This document shows, one piece after another, positions 49,498 to 63,500 of a DNA stretch of 64,000 nucleotides. The translations under genes were made by a program, and so were the position numbers. Origin of the DNA: Rhodosorus marinus CCMP1338 (lineage: Eukaryota; Plantae; Rhodophyta); assembly GCA_029953675.1 (NCBI GenBank), contig JAMWBK010000010.1, positions 1,302,001 through 1,366,000 of the forward strand. Direction: 5' to 3'. How positions within the stretch are numbered: the stretch's first letter is position 1; every line of letters begins with the position of its first letter. Below the pieces are notes generated by a model. It ran no database searches. It was given only the letters and a program-made list of their open reading frames with translations, and was not told the origin of the DNA.

Positions 49498-50406
49498 AGA
49501 TATACGACACTTTGTACAGTGAAGCTTGACCAGCATGGGCATTGCGAATCGCTTTCTTTGAGCTCACCGGCCTTTCGTAGATCCACGGCAGTAAACAGCG
49601 ATGTGGTCTCAATCGAGCTACCACTGCCACAGACAGCAACGATGGGCAACAGACATCATTCCGTCTTCCTCGCGACTCCAGACGCGAGAACATAGTTCAT
49701 TCCTCTGATCCTTGAGAACGGATCAAAAAACAAAACGTCCTCACTTCACAAGCCCAGTATCACTTCTCACAAGCACTTTACCGGTTTCTTGCTTGAGCAG
49801 TGCTAGAACAGGACATTCTATCTATTCATATAGAGTGCCGTGAAAATCAAGAGGGTCCGAAGTTGTCCTCCTTGAAACCTCAAGAGCATTTCAATGCCAC
49901 TCAAGAAGTCTCGGGACGAGGGCGCTAGCGCTGAGGCCCGGTTCAACTTGCCATTTTTGTTCGTGAGAGCTCTCGAATACATCAAGTTGTCTCTTCAGTG
50001 TTGTTCTGTGAGGACCAAAACTCAATTTTCAGTAGTTCGTTCTCGGGCCTCGAAGACATCGCCCTCTGAGTCTTCCACCGATCCATAACACAACAGGTGC
50101 CGATGGGCGGATGAGAAGGTGTCGATGTTGAGGAGTTCACGGCCCAACTTTTTAGTTCTTTGTCCTTCTTTGAGGTTTGTTCTTCTCAAGTTTCATATAC
50201 TTTTAAGACTAAGACGAGTTTAGCGAAGAAAACCGAGTCGTTTTTGTTGTGTTTTCCTAAGGTATGTCCTTGTCCACCGTAAGTGACGCTATGAGAGGTC
50301 TGCGGTTCGTCGGATCGAGATAAGCGCGACGTTTGGATAAAGAACGAGAGGTTCGGCTGTTAAGAGCCGACGTGACTGCTTTTGACGAGGTGTCAAAAAG
50401 ACAAAA

Positions 50407-52340
50407 ATGAATACAAAAGTGGATCGCAGGACTCCAGGGTTCGATCAGCGTCGTGAGCATTGGAAGCACTCCCATGTCCCACTGCTGTATGATTGGATGT
50501 TGAGTCGTAAATGTCCATGGCCATCAGCCTGCGTACAGTTTGGACGTGGTTATGACTCAAGAGATACATACACTGACAGGTAGTGTCATCAAACAAGATA
50601 CTTTAGGAGACCTCGTGCTCGGATAGGGAGCCGAGCTTTCTGGCGTCTGATTCTGTTTCTTGCGCGTGGAGTGCTTCCGACTCACTTCTGGTTTGTTTTC
50701 TTTTGCTACCGATCAGAACTCTATATCTATCGGAAAGGACTGGTGAAACAAGCGACGCGAATACCCTCTACGTAGCGAGCGCACGTGTGGCCAACGAACA
50801 CGCTACGAGGTCGGCTGATGTTACGAAGAAGTGGTCAGAGAATGTTTATAGAGATCCTCTTCCGTCGTCGGATTTTAGAATTAAGAAGAAGATTATCCAC
50901 CCTGGTGAAGTGAATCGCGTTCGTGAGCTCAGAGAAGGCGTCGTTGTCACACATACGGATCATCCAAATCTGTTTTTATGGGATATTGAGAGACAACCAC
51001 ATCGAAAGGACACCTCCTCAAAAGGCGTGGAGTCCAACGTTCCAGATCTGACATTGGTTGGACATCAGGCGAACGCAGAGTATGCCGTTGAGAGCGCAGA
51101 GGAAGGAAAGATCATAGCAAGCGGAGGAAAAGACAAGCTGGTACTGATCTGGCAAATGGAGGATTATGAGACCCTCCTTTCGAGCAAGTGAGTTTCTTCC
51201 GGTAGAAATGGGAAAATAGTCTCCAACGCATTAGAACCACGCATCAGCAGAGAATGGATCGTTGTGATACCGCTCACAGCGTGAGCTGTTCTCTCTCTCC
51301 CTTTCTTTCTGGTGGCGCTACCCGAACATACTACGGTTACAATAGAAATTCACATCTGTTGAACCGGACGATACTTCGAGGACATTCGGATACCGTTGAA
51401 GGGCTTGCATTTAACCCTGAAGATTCTCGGAGACTGTGTAGCGGTGGCGACGATAGGTGTGTCTTCTTCTGGGATTCAAGAAAATCTGCAGCCACTGGGA
51501 AGATTAACGACGCCCATCAAGGGGTAAGAAATGAGTCGGGAGTTGGTCTCTGCTGAGCTAGCCCGCTGTCGGGATCTAGAGTTCGAGGAGATTTTCCCCT
51601 CTCACTTGTAACGTGCTTCCTGGTTTTCAGGATGTGAACTGTGTTGATTGGAGTCATAATGGAATGTACATAGCGTCCGGTGGAGCTGATCATCGAATAC
51701 GAATATGGGACGTCCGTCAGCTTTCACAGTCTTCTGAAGTAACCTCGTTTGCCGATTTGAGGGAGCACACAGGACAAATCAACGAGGTCCAGTTCCAACC
51801 TTGCAGAAACTCGTCAGTGCTTGGTTCTTGCGCAGAGGATGGACAAGTCCTCTTGTGGGATATTGTGAGCTTCGATATCCTTCACAATACCTATAAAATG
51901 ACCTCGGCCGGGCGTGTGCGTTCCTAAACATACGGCGATTTTCTCCTTCTCACGCTGAAACTATCAAATATAGGCGCAGGTGGAGTCTGATTCCAAATCT
52001 TCAACCGGAGGTGAAATACCAAGCTTGCTACTCTTCCGACACTACGGTCACCAGTATGCGGTTTCCGAATTCCAGTGGAGCACTGTACCGGATGATCCTT
52101 GGACCATTGCGTCTGTTTCTGAAGATGAGGAGGTGAGTCATTGGAGCTGGAAAAATCAACAATGACATTGACTGATGCATCCCTAAGACGAGCTTTGGGA
52201 CGAATTTGCCTTTTGACTCCGGGGCTGTGCACCTTTCGCGAATGAAACAGGGCGCGACGTTACAAATATGGCGCCTGCTCGACTTGATCTACAGTTCGCC
52301 AGTTGACGCGGCGAATATTCTACGATCTGAGGGTATGTAA
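50407..52340 (+). CDS. MSI4: MSI4/FVE-like histone-binding WD40 protein (RBBP4/7 family), multi-exon
   Basis: HVPLLYDW..WPS, RTLYLSERT, IIHPGEVNRVRE, THTDHPNLFLWD, SGGKDKLVLIW, GHSDTVEGLAF, DVNCVDWS, LLFRHYGH, DDPWTIASVS, GATLQIWRLLDLIY. Confidence 0.9.
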
Positions 52341-53340
52341 TATCTTAGGAATAGGGATGGTTGAGTGTGTAGGATGAGCGAGTTCAAGAATTTTTGTGCG
52401 ACGGCGTGAAGCCGCGGTAGAGCTGCTGCTCGTGATCGGCTTATGGATGCGAGGACAGACGCGTTTTGAAACCGCGTCAGAAGACACCTCTTGACGGGAG
52501 GGGGTTTCTCGTGTTTCTAATGAGCACAAGCGGGAGGCTGGATAGGATGTGGTTCCTCCACTTCGTAGGAGACGTGGAATTGTGAAAGGAAGGAAGCACT
52601 ACGGCCACCATGTGTGAAGATCTCGAGAAGATAGTTTGCAGCTATAAGACACCCTGGAAGATTGCGAATCACTCAGTACTGGTTTTCGTCGAGGCTGGCC
52701 GACCCAGGATAATCATTGCTACCCGACTCTCCACGGTATTCGTTTTCTGAGAAGAAACGAACTCGAAACACGTAGAATGATCCACCTGCGAATGTGTACT
52801 GCAACTTTTAGGGAGGCCTTCACTTCGCCGTCCGAGTACAAACTGTTCCTCGGCGTAGGGTGTAAAATCTACCGCGATTGGTAAACGCATATACGGGCGC
52901 ATCCGAGGATAATGACATCACCCCACCCGGTTCAGACCGGTCATGTTCAGGGACTGGTTGATTGCACGACCATAAAATTAGCTTTCAGATGATGCCAACT
53001 ACAGGACAACTTCGGTTGTCCTCATCGCAGGTTGCAAAGACCATACCAGAGTTGGCCCCTGCTCTTCATGTCCAAGAAGGCATCCAGTCTCAGTGCAATC
53101 AGTCGATCATGATCTGAAAGGCAGTGCTAGAGATCAAGACGGTATCAATCATGCAAACTTTGCACGCTGCTCTTCATGACCGACGATGCTCCAGAAGACT
53201 TCACAAGCAATCACGATCGGCAAACACAAAGCAAGGCGGTAACTTCATCAATTACGTCGGACTTCAACACCCAGAACCACCAAGCCGCTGCTCATGATCG
53301 TTTGTATCCGAACCATGGCTGCCGTCAAGTTAGAGAATTT

Positions 53341-53730
53341 GAATTTGTGAGTGACTAGCTAAGTGTACATCATCCTCACGATGACAACACACAGGAAACC
53401 CGTCTTGTTGAGTCTTGTGGCAGATCTAAAGCCAACGATTACCACCAACAAGTCACCTGCCATGATCGACCGTTGTGTTGGAAGCTTAGCTACTGACTTG
53501 TTAGGAGCATGGGAATTTGAACAACTAGCCAAGTGTACATCATCCTCAAAGATGACAAGCCTCTGGACTACCCCTCTGTTAGGTTTTCAGTAGGATCCTC
53601 AGTTTCGTCTCTTTCATCGATGTCATTTTCAGATTACTTAGGGTTTGGGGAAAGAAGGTCTGAGCGAAGAGACCTGCAACAAGAAGAACTCCTTTTAAGT
53701 CTTCTGGCCGATCTAAAAGCAAACGATCTA
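53341..53730. repeat. Degenerate direct repeats in a decayed intergenic region
   Basis: actagc(t/c)aagtgtacatcatcctca..gatgacaa at 53354 and 53524 (period 170). tctt(g/c)tggc(a/c)gatctaaa..caacgat at about 53412 and 53700. Confidence 0.75.
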
Positions 53731-54630
53731 AACGATTTTGCTATAAATGGACTAAGAGAGTCTGACTGTTTGCGTGTCGGAGCTTTTGGGGATTTGTTTC
53801 GTGGTTGACTTGATCGGAAAATCATTGTGATCGTCTTTGGGTTTATGTTCTGTATCGACGGTCTGATCGTTTGTGGAGGTATTTTTTTCAGTTTGGTATG
53901 GAGGCGGGTGCGCAAGGATCTGGATAGAGTCTTCTTCAAGAGGACAGATTGTAGAAACGCTGGGGTGATAAAGTGTTTGGGTAGGAATGTTTAACGGGGG
54001 AGGGGGGTTGAGGGGGGGTGGGTGGGGGGTGGGGTGGGAGGAGTTTGACTCTTGAGAGTTTCGTTTTGTTGGATCTGATGATTCTTGTAGAAGGATCTTG
54101 GTTGTGAAGGAGAATCTGAAAGAACACAGCTTTGAGAGGATTCGGAACGTGCTGATCGATGTTCTTGGATAGTAGTGGGCGTGTATGGTGAATAGTTAAC
54201 GGTAGCTTTGTCAAGGATCGGTTTGAACATGGCTGATGTAGGAACCGCGGAGAGAGTTACGTGTGAATTCTTGCTAATTTGATTCGAGTTTGGGGAGGAT
54301 ATGTCGAATGGATCGGGACTACGGCATCTGAATTTTCGAGTCGGAGAGGTAAGCGGGTTGTTCCGGGTTCTGGGATCTTGAGGTTTTTGGAGAATGGGTG
54401 AAGGAAATCATGTTAGCGGTTTCCTGTGAGTGGATCTTGGGACCGGGATTTGGCGCTTGAAGTGAAGATCGGATGTTTCGTTTTAGGTGTATTTAGTCTC
54501 TGTCCTGTACAGAGAATTCGTCTTACTAGACTCTTTAGGATTGCTGTTTTGTATGCGTAGTGCGTGTGTGTGTGTTTGCGTGCGTGTTTTAGGTAGGTTT
54601 TTGTTTAACGTGACGCTCAACTAGAGCAGG

Positions 54631-57600
54631 ATGGAGTTGGGAATAGATATACATGGGCTGGAGGCCATGTGCAGAGCTATGTATGAAGGACAGGATCAAA
54701 AGCAGCGAGAGGAAGCTGAGAAGACCCTGATGCCGCTAGGAGAATCAGCAGATAATGTTGTCGCTTGCTTTTCGATAATTTCAGGCTCGTCCGAGCCACT
54801 CGCTCAGGTTTTCGCTGCGGCTTGCCTCCTGAAAATCGCGGACAACCACTGGACGAGAATACCGGAAGCACAGCGCGTCGAGCTCTGGAAGTTTTCTTAT
54901 TCCCTCCTTGCAGAAAGAGGTTAGTAGATCTTCTAGCCGGGCCGCGGTCTCCCCTTCCAGAGTCTCGGACAAATTGTCGGAACAGCGTTTGCTCTGCATT
55001 CCCTAGCTCGATCGCAAAGAGGGAACCGATTCCAACGTGGAGAAGAACTCGGAGTATGCGTCAAACTTGTCTGAAACATTCTCTCCCCTGTTCCTTTGCA
55101 ATGGTATCGTTCAGGTCCTGGCCTAGCGAGTTATGTTGTTGCAGACGTTACAGCCGTGTTCTGCAGGGTGACAAAATTGGGATGGAACGATGAAGGTCCC
55201 TATAGATCAATTGTAGATGATGTTGCTAAATTTTTGGAGGCTTCAGAGGAGCACTGTGACATTGGCCTTATTATCCTGAACAGAATAACGATTGAAATGA
55301 ATCAGTCAACACCTGCGATTCGGAAGTTCTTCTCCCAGGCCCAGAACAGAAAGGTCAGCTCGTTTCGTCCGACCCCTGGCTGATGGGGTTAGTGGAACGA
55401 CAGCGACTTACGGATCGATATCTTCTTCTATGTGTGTTTCTACGATTGCAGGTCGCTACGTCGTTCCGGGACCTGCTTCTGTTAAGGATTTTCGAGCTGT
55501 CACTTTCCACACTAACTCGGTTGTCACCACCGCCTGCTCACTCAGCGCTCCGACTGCGTGCTCTCCAACTAGCCCAATCTTGCCTCGGCTTCGACTTTAT
55601 TGGGGCTTCTTTCGATGAGGCTAGCGAAGATATGGGCACCATTCACGTGCCCGTCGCGTGGAGAGCTGTGATTGAGGACCCGAAGACGCTTACCCTTTTT
55701 TTTGACACTTACAATGAATCGGCAAGCGTGAACGGGGAAGTGGCGGGGAAAACCATCGAGTGCCTGGTACAGATGTCGTCCATCAGGCGCTCGATCTTCT
55801 CCACTGATGAGAAGCGGCTCAACTATCTCTACCAGCACATGCGAGCTACGGTTGAAGTGTTGTCGAACAATAGGGGCTTGGATCAGCCGGAGACCTACCA
55901 CCATTTCTGTCGCTGGTTGTCCAGGTTGAAAGCTAACCACGAGCTCTCCGAGTTGATGGGTTCAGACTTGTTTCCCGACTGGATCCGAAATGTCGCGGAG
56001 CTCACTCTCCATTGCATTTCGAGCGACTGGTCGATAGTGGGTAACTCGCTGTATTACCTGTTGAACCTTTGGAGTAAACTGGTGCACCCCATATCGAAGC
56101 TGAAGAGGAACTCGAGTACTTCTCTAGAGACGTACGTCGAGAAGATCGTCCAGATGTACGTGACGTCGCGGTTGCATGCCCTGCAAAGTGAGACGTCACC
56201 GTCGGACTGGGACAACCTTGATGACGAAGAGAATATAGCTCAGGAGGAGTTTGCTGAGCACCTGGAGAGCATTCCCGCAATCTTTCGACTGCACTACGAC
56301 AAGACGGCCCAATTTTTGATCCAGTTGATCGATCCCTTGCTTGAGCAATACAAGGCTGGCATTGCCAACAACGTCCCGGCCGTGGATCGATTTCTGCTCG
56401 AAAGGCACTTGGCGTGGTTAGTTCGAGTATCGGGATCTGTTGTGGGTGGTAGGATTATCTCTACCTCATCCGAGAACCAAGAACATAGTGATGGTGAGCT
56501 GTCCTCTCGCGTTTTTCAGCTGATGATCTACACTGTCGACGAGGATCGGAGTCGAAGCAAGGTGAGCCCACCAAAGCAAACGCTAGTATTCCTGGGCAAC
56601 TAACGAGTCTTTGTGCGGCCGAGTTGCTGAGGGATTTTGTGCACCCGGGATCCATTGTTCAAGCACTAACTCGCTTTTGAACTCTCTTCGGCAGATGGGA
56701 GTTGGGAAACAACCGCGGGGTATGATTGAACTGGATGGGGCCATCGTTGATTTTATACAGTCCTTCAGGAAAGCGTACATTGGGGAGCAAGCGGTCAGCA
56801 CATCTAAAGTCTACGTGCGAATGTCGGAGCGATTGGGAATATCCGATCATATCGTAGTGCTCGATGTCGTCGCATCAAAGATTGCCTGCGTTCTGCAGAA
56901 GTACGGGATCGTTTGCGGAACTGCGGTGGTCAAGAAGACCTTGCAACTGCTCTCCGATCTCGCCTTTGGCCACTCGTCCGGGCGGTTGCTTGGCAAGCTG
57001 AAGACGATTCGCTCGATGCTGAACAACCACGGGGAAGAGTCGTTTCTGTTTATGAAGGGCTCGTCGATGGGACAGCAAAGGACACTCTTCTACCAGACGC
57101 TGACTAAGATACTGTTTTCCCTGATCAGCCTGGGCGAATTTGACCCTGAAGCTGAGTTCGAGCGCTTCCTTCAACCTCTGCAGTTAAGACTTGAGGCCAT
57201 CGCGGCTGTACAATCAGACGAAATGATGATCAACGACCCGGAGGTGTCGAACGCATTGATCGGAGCCCTGCGCGACCTCCGAGGGATAGTAACAGCCACA
57301 CTTTTGAAGAAGACGTACACCATGTTCTTCGATTGGTTTTATCCCCAACATGTCCCTCTTCTCTACCGTGCAATAAGGGTAGGTAGACTAACGCTCTTTT
57401 CTGTCCACGGTGCCTAGCGAGAAAGCTGGATGCTTCGGTTGCCCGCTTCTCGTCTGCGAGCTTATTCAAGATCCATCCCTAGGACAGGGAGCGCTGCCTA
57501 AGTCGCCAGCAGATACTTGCTCACATTTGTTTCTGAGCTAAGACGCGAATAACTTTGTGTTTCTATGTACACTTCCAGGTCGCAGCTGCCGCTGGGTCAT

Positions 57601-58808
57601 ATCCAGTATGCAACCCACTCTTGAAGTTTTATGCTGAGCTTGTCAGCAACAAACCACCGAGAATAATATTTGACCCGTCTTCACCGAATGGCATCTTACT
57701 GTTCCGGGAGACTTCCAAGATCATTGTCAACTACTGCACAGCGACGTTGGCCCAATGGAATGCTGCAGGGAGACAAGGGTCTGATCCCTACCGACAACTC
57801 TACAAGGGGGCGGCAACATGCTTGTTGATGTTCTCTCGATCACTTTCAGGGAACTATGTAAATTTTGGGTAAGTTCAGAAGAAGCTTGAGATGAGCGTTG
57901 CAACCAAGCGCTCTCTATAGCTCGGGTCTACAAGAAGAAAGAATTTCACTGAAGCCTGTTCTCGTCATTGAACAGAGTTTTTGGCCTGTACGGCGATACG
58001 GCGCTTGAGGATGCGCTTCGTGTAAGCCTAGAGATTGCGCTTGCGATACCTGTGAAGGATCTGCTGGCATACCAGAAGGTTTCGAAGGCCTATTTCAGCC
58101 TTATGGATAACCTTTGCGCAAATCACGGTAGCAGTATCGTCGCAGTGGAACACGACGTGTTTGTTCACATTGTGAGCACGTTACAGGAGGGACTAAGCGT
58201 TTCAGATGTTTGGAGCCATTGTACCGAAGCTCTTGATCATCTGTCCGAGTTCAGGTGAGGCTGACACCTGACTTGAGCTTCTCCGCGGCGAGGAAGCCTG
58301 GGTTCGAATATTGTCTGACGGGTTTGTTCTTTTGTCACGAACGTCAAAGGTTCCGATCATCGATGAAGGATACCCAGAACTCAAGAAATTTTGCTGCTCA
58401 CTTGGAGAGAAGTCCTAATCTTTTCCCGACCTGCCTCGAAACAGTGTTTAATCTGATCCTGCATGAAGATTGCACGAACCAATGGAGTCTGTCAAGGCCA
58501 TTATTGAGTTTGATTCTTACGAACGAAGGTTCGTACGGGGCGCCCTCCTATCCTGCTTAGACGGGTCCTAGATGCACTTTTCTGCTTTCTCACACGGTTA
58601 AGCTGTTCTCGCGACCACCAAAGGTGCCTTTTTACAACTTAAGAAGCAAATGATCGAGTCACAGACAGATCCGAAAATAAGGGATGGGGTCGCAGCTGCG
58701 TTTGACAAACTGATGGGTGATGTTCAACCCACGCTGGAGAACAAGAACCGAGATCGCTTCACCTCTCAGGTCGCGGTATTTCGTCACGCACTCCGTTCAC
58801 TTCAATAG
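54631..58808 (+). CDS. XPO7: Exportin-7 (RanBP16/17-like importin-beta family), multi-exon
   Basis: LEAMCRAMYE..QREEAEK, VATSFRD.LL.RIF, VQMSSIRRSIF, YHHFCRWLSRLK, FRKAYIGEQ, RDLRGI, FDPSSPNGILLFRE, NYVNFGVFGLYGD, NQWSLSRPLL, KNRDRFT. Confidence 0.93.
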
Positions 58809-60575
58809 CATCTGTAACACATCTTCAATCGCGAAGGACTACAAGTATTTGACCGTCCCGAAACCTTGCTAGCAGATTCCCTTGATAACGGAGTATCTAT
58901 GTACAGGATCGAATATCGCTTCGGGGCTGGCGATGCCTATAGGGGCTCCCTTGAAGAAGTAAAAAATGCCAACGAAAACAGCCAAGCAAATGAGCGCAAC
59001 CCTGGAAAGAAAAAAACAACAACAGATTTTCGCTGCCTCATATAAGGGCGACAGCTTTTCTGTTGATCTATGGCAGAGCAAAAGCTGCTCCCAACTCGAA
59101 CACCCCACATGTGCAGATCATTATAGGATCACGAATTATGTTACTGAACATTCTCAACACAAAGGCTCCTTCCCAATTTGTCCCAAAAAGCCCTGTACGA
59201 CCGATAAGTCTTTCATCTATCGAATTATAACAATATATGATAACAAAAGAGATAGGTCGTTAATGGCTTTATCCAATTACAGAGGAGATAGTATCGAATG
59301 CATCGCTTACTGGAGTATCGTGCGTAGAAGAAATCAATCTGCTACAAAAAATACACCAATAATCCAACAGTTTGTGTCCTACGCCCTTGGTGATTGGTGT
59401 AAGCCCAACCTTCCAAAAGATCCGTATTTTTTTTTCGGGCGTCCTTTATCATGCAGTTTGCTTATTCCGGTGCAATTAATCTCGATGATCACCCTATATT
59501 TTAGAAGTTTTATGCCGTATTATGCAACCGATCTCGAATATGCTACATACAATTACCAGTAATTACGTCAAGAAAAAATTATTTTTTTTGCCCGTTCCGC
59601 AGTGAAAGCCATATTTAGCACTACACAAAAGAAAAACAAATGAAAAATCAATGTCAGCACGGTATCTATACCTCTTTTGTACAAAAACAATTAAGGGCAT
59701 CCATTCCTACATTCCTTTGAGGGGGGTAAAACGATTTTGACTAAGAATCTTGTAGAAAAGAGTCCGTAGGGTGAAGGATTGAATACAAAACTGTATTAAT
59801 GCCGCAAAAATATCAATAAAATAAAACCTTTGCGCTGTTATTCGACGGTATAGGGAGGGTACGTTTTAACCCAGGGTATGAGAAAACAGTATAAACCAGA
59901 TTTTTCTTTTTTCATGCGGCATGAAAAGGCCAACTTTTGATTGATAACCTGACAAAGGGAAGGAGGTGGGATGGCTATTAGAGATGGAAGCAGAGGTAAC
60001 ATTGGACTGTAGTCAGTTTTATTTTTTGGCCCAGCTGAGGTTTGTAAAAAGACGGATTTTTTCTCTGGCTGCGAAAACGGTTATTTGTGATGGAGTGGAG
60101 AACGGAAAGGATGGTTAAGGAGGGTTGGGAAGGGTTCGGCAGGGATGGTGAGGGGTAGGGGAGGGAGGATGAACAGGTTTGACTTGGTTTAAGAAGAGGT
60201 TTGGTGTTTATTCCTGGAGTATTTATTCGTTTCAGCCAGAATTTTTCCTTTCTATCTGTGTTTTTGGAGTTGGTCGCGAAATTGTTTTTACCCAGGCGCT
60301 GCTTGTTGTGGTCTTAGGGGGAGTGTCTGAGGGTTTTGTGCGCAGGCATGTGATGAGAGGCCACCGACAGAAGCAACAGAAGCAACAGAAGCAAGCCGAG
60401 TGAGTGCGGAAGTGCTCTGCGTTTATGCCGTGGAGTAGCTGCATGATTGAAGCGCCGGCCGGTGAAGGAACATAAGGCGGTTATAAGCAATTCTGTGTTT
60501 TGCGGGATGTTCTCGACACGGCCGTAATTGCTTGGATACAGGTCGTGTTGCGAGCTGTTGAGATTTCAGGTTTCG

Positions 60576-63500
60576 ATGCCTACAAAGACGAAACCTAGTG
60601 ATAAAATGAGTATGGGACAGGTTCAACGAAGAGTTTGCCTCGGGCAATCCTTCGAACTTGATGAGGAGGCCAAGGAAGCCACGAACATTCTGAAAGATCT
60701 GATACACAGAGTTTCCGAAATTATTCATTTATCGCAATCTGAGCATGTTCGAACAGTGGGTCTCCTGACTCCGGAAGACTATCTTCGGACGTACGCGTAA
60801 GTTCTAGGGAGACTTTCCGCCTTGATTATGCTGACCTCCGTCGGCTGCGAAGCTAATCCTATCGTCTCCCTGTCGCTCTCTCCTGAAGGATTCTGTATAA
60901 CATTTTCAGTAGGAATTCCATGACCAACAACCTGGGAATTTGGAAAAGAGTGCTATATGAGTTAGACATTGGAGTGAAGCGAATCTGCTCGGTAAGTTGG
61001 AGAGAACTTCAGGTATTCGTCTTCGTTTTTCGATCACCGACACTGGATCACTGAATTGTCTTTCCTATCTGGCTTCCGTAGGGTTTCTCTTTCGGGAAGC
61101 ACGACCCGGGCCTGCGGGACTTGCAGGATTGTTGGACTAGAGTTGACCTGTTCGCTAACTGTGTACAGAGATTATTTCCGTCGTCGATGGCGAACAGAGA
61201 AATATGGCTTGTGTTTCCCCTCACTCGCCCGGGGCCATTCGAGCATAGCTATAAGGCAAAGGATTTCTCGGTTGATGTAGCAGTGCTATCTCTTGCCAGA
61301 GCTTATCTGAGAAAACGGAAGCTCGTGCTCGAGGAAGGTGTCCTTGACCTCGTCGACAGTGCTCGTCAAGGAGAGAGCGTTAATCTGAGGATGATGAAAT
61401 TGGTGAGCGGCGCACAAACTTGCTCTTGGGAAACTGCTCCCGCAAGGGCTAAAAGCTTTAATTCTGAACACTGTCGCATTAGGCCCTCTCACTACTTGCC
61501 AATACTGACTACAATCCACTCAAAGACGGCGAAGGGACGACGTGTCCCATCGTCCTCAATCATGCTGCCGGGCGCCGATTTTACCATGGCTTTCGCAAGA
61601 AGTTCATCGCGCGAAGAGCCCTATTCTATCGCGTAAGAGCCAAGGAGCTAATTGAACGTTCTAGCACGAGCCTTGAAATATTGACGGAGGTGAGCTTCCC
61701 GCTCCGCATTAGCTTTAAGGCGGAATTAGGGGTCTCAAGCTCTTTGTTCCCCCGCGATCAACAGGTAAAGCGCATCCGTGACAGTGAGATCAACCTTTGC
61801 CGTTCGCTCTTACTCTTCGAATTTATAGAAGACCACATGCGAACAGCGGATGAAGACCTTGCCGGGTCGTTCGAGCTTCCGATATGCTCTGAATTGATTA
61901 GCATGGTGAGAGTTCTTCGAAAATGCAAAAACGCGTTGTACATCATGCTCTCCATTGTCCACTGGAGCACACACGGGGTTCATCGATGCGTTCAATGTTC
62001 CGACGATTTTCGAATTCACATCACGCTTACCCTCCACTGGATTCACACTCTTCACGATGGACAGTTCCAAGAGCATCGCACAGACGAACTACAAGACGCG
62101 TTTGTTCTATTGCGTAGAAGTCAGAATGGGCTTGCTCATGCCAAGGGTTCTATAGCCGAGCTCGCGCAAAGAGACTGGACCGCGGTTCTGGATGTGTCCA
62201 GCGGGTGAGGAATACGCTTTGTAGGTCAATAGGGGGAGTATGTTTGGATTCACCACTGAAACGAAATCCCATGTCTGTGTTCTGTTTTCGAACACTTCAG
62301 GTCAAGCGACAAGAATGAGGATCAAGCTGAGCATATGAATCACTGCATCGAAAGGCTGTCAAGAGTGATATTTCATCGCGAGCAAACCATCATGCTGGCG
62401 GCAGGTTCAAGCATACAGACCGAGCTGTATGAAACGTTTCTGGAAGGGCTATCAACAGCCCTGCGGACGATGCCGAGGAAGGGACTCCCTATCTGGAAAT
62501 GCGCTGTGCTTCATGTGCACGACATACTTTCTCGGAAGGATTTAGATGTGGAGAATGACGATGCACGGAATCGGCTGCGCACATGGGAACGTATTTTGCC
62601 GGTTTTGCCGAACAAAGTATGTTCCTTGACCTGGGGTAGCATTGTGCGAATCACAGCACGTCACGAATTCTGACTTTGTGTGTGTCGATTTCGCACCGCG
62701 TTCTAGGACTTATTCTTGGTTGACTACAGGAGAAAACTAGTGGAAAGAGCGCTCAGTGAAAGCGCCCAAATCGAGGATGAAAATTCCGCGCTTGACCTTC
62801 TCATGAAGTCTCTCGATTCTTCCCAAGTAATTGCGATGTACTCCATGGTCAATGACCTGAAGAAGTCTGAAAGCATCACGAGATCATGGCATGAACAAGA
62901 TCAATCGAACAATCTTTGTTCCTTGAAGGTCAGCTGGGTCTGCAGTGATCTCCGCCCCTGCAATCAGACGAGTACTGAATGTTTGTATTTCTGCAAAACA
63001 GATTCTGTCTTCGCAAAATTGGACGCTTGATCGACAAGGGTGTGAGGCTCCGGGATTGATGGGAATACTCACGTTGGGCACACTGACGTACCTTAACTCT
63101 GAGCTTCACAAGCGGAAACTGACGTTTCTGCCTAAGTGCAGCTCTGTGACTCTTGAGGCACATCTTGGCTCAAGTTTTGAGGTTGTTGGTAACGCACTTC
63201 ATGCGTCCATTCTTCTACTATTCAATGACCGGACACAACTATCAGAGGAAACTGCGGCATCGAAGCTCGGCTGTTCGAGAGAAGAACTCGGAGCTCTAAC
63301 ACAGCGTTTGCCCATGATAAAACGTCAGGGCAACCAGCTAGTACTTGACACTGACTTCCAGGGCGAAGATGCGGTAGTCGAGTGCAGAAGCGCTGATGAC
63401 TTTTTCGATGACGGCGAAGATGCTGCTGTCCCTACTGAAAGTCTTGGAGAGACTCTGTGCTTTAGGGACCAAACCGTGCAAGCTGCAGTAATGAGGGTAA

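Noticed and set aside
19314-52340. RBR, MSI4, MCM2 and cullin as a cell-cycle gene cluster
   Set aside because: They are spread over 60 kb among unrelated genes. In a compact genome this co-location needs no special explanation without synteny evidence.
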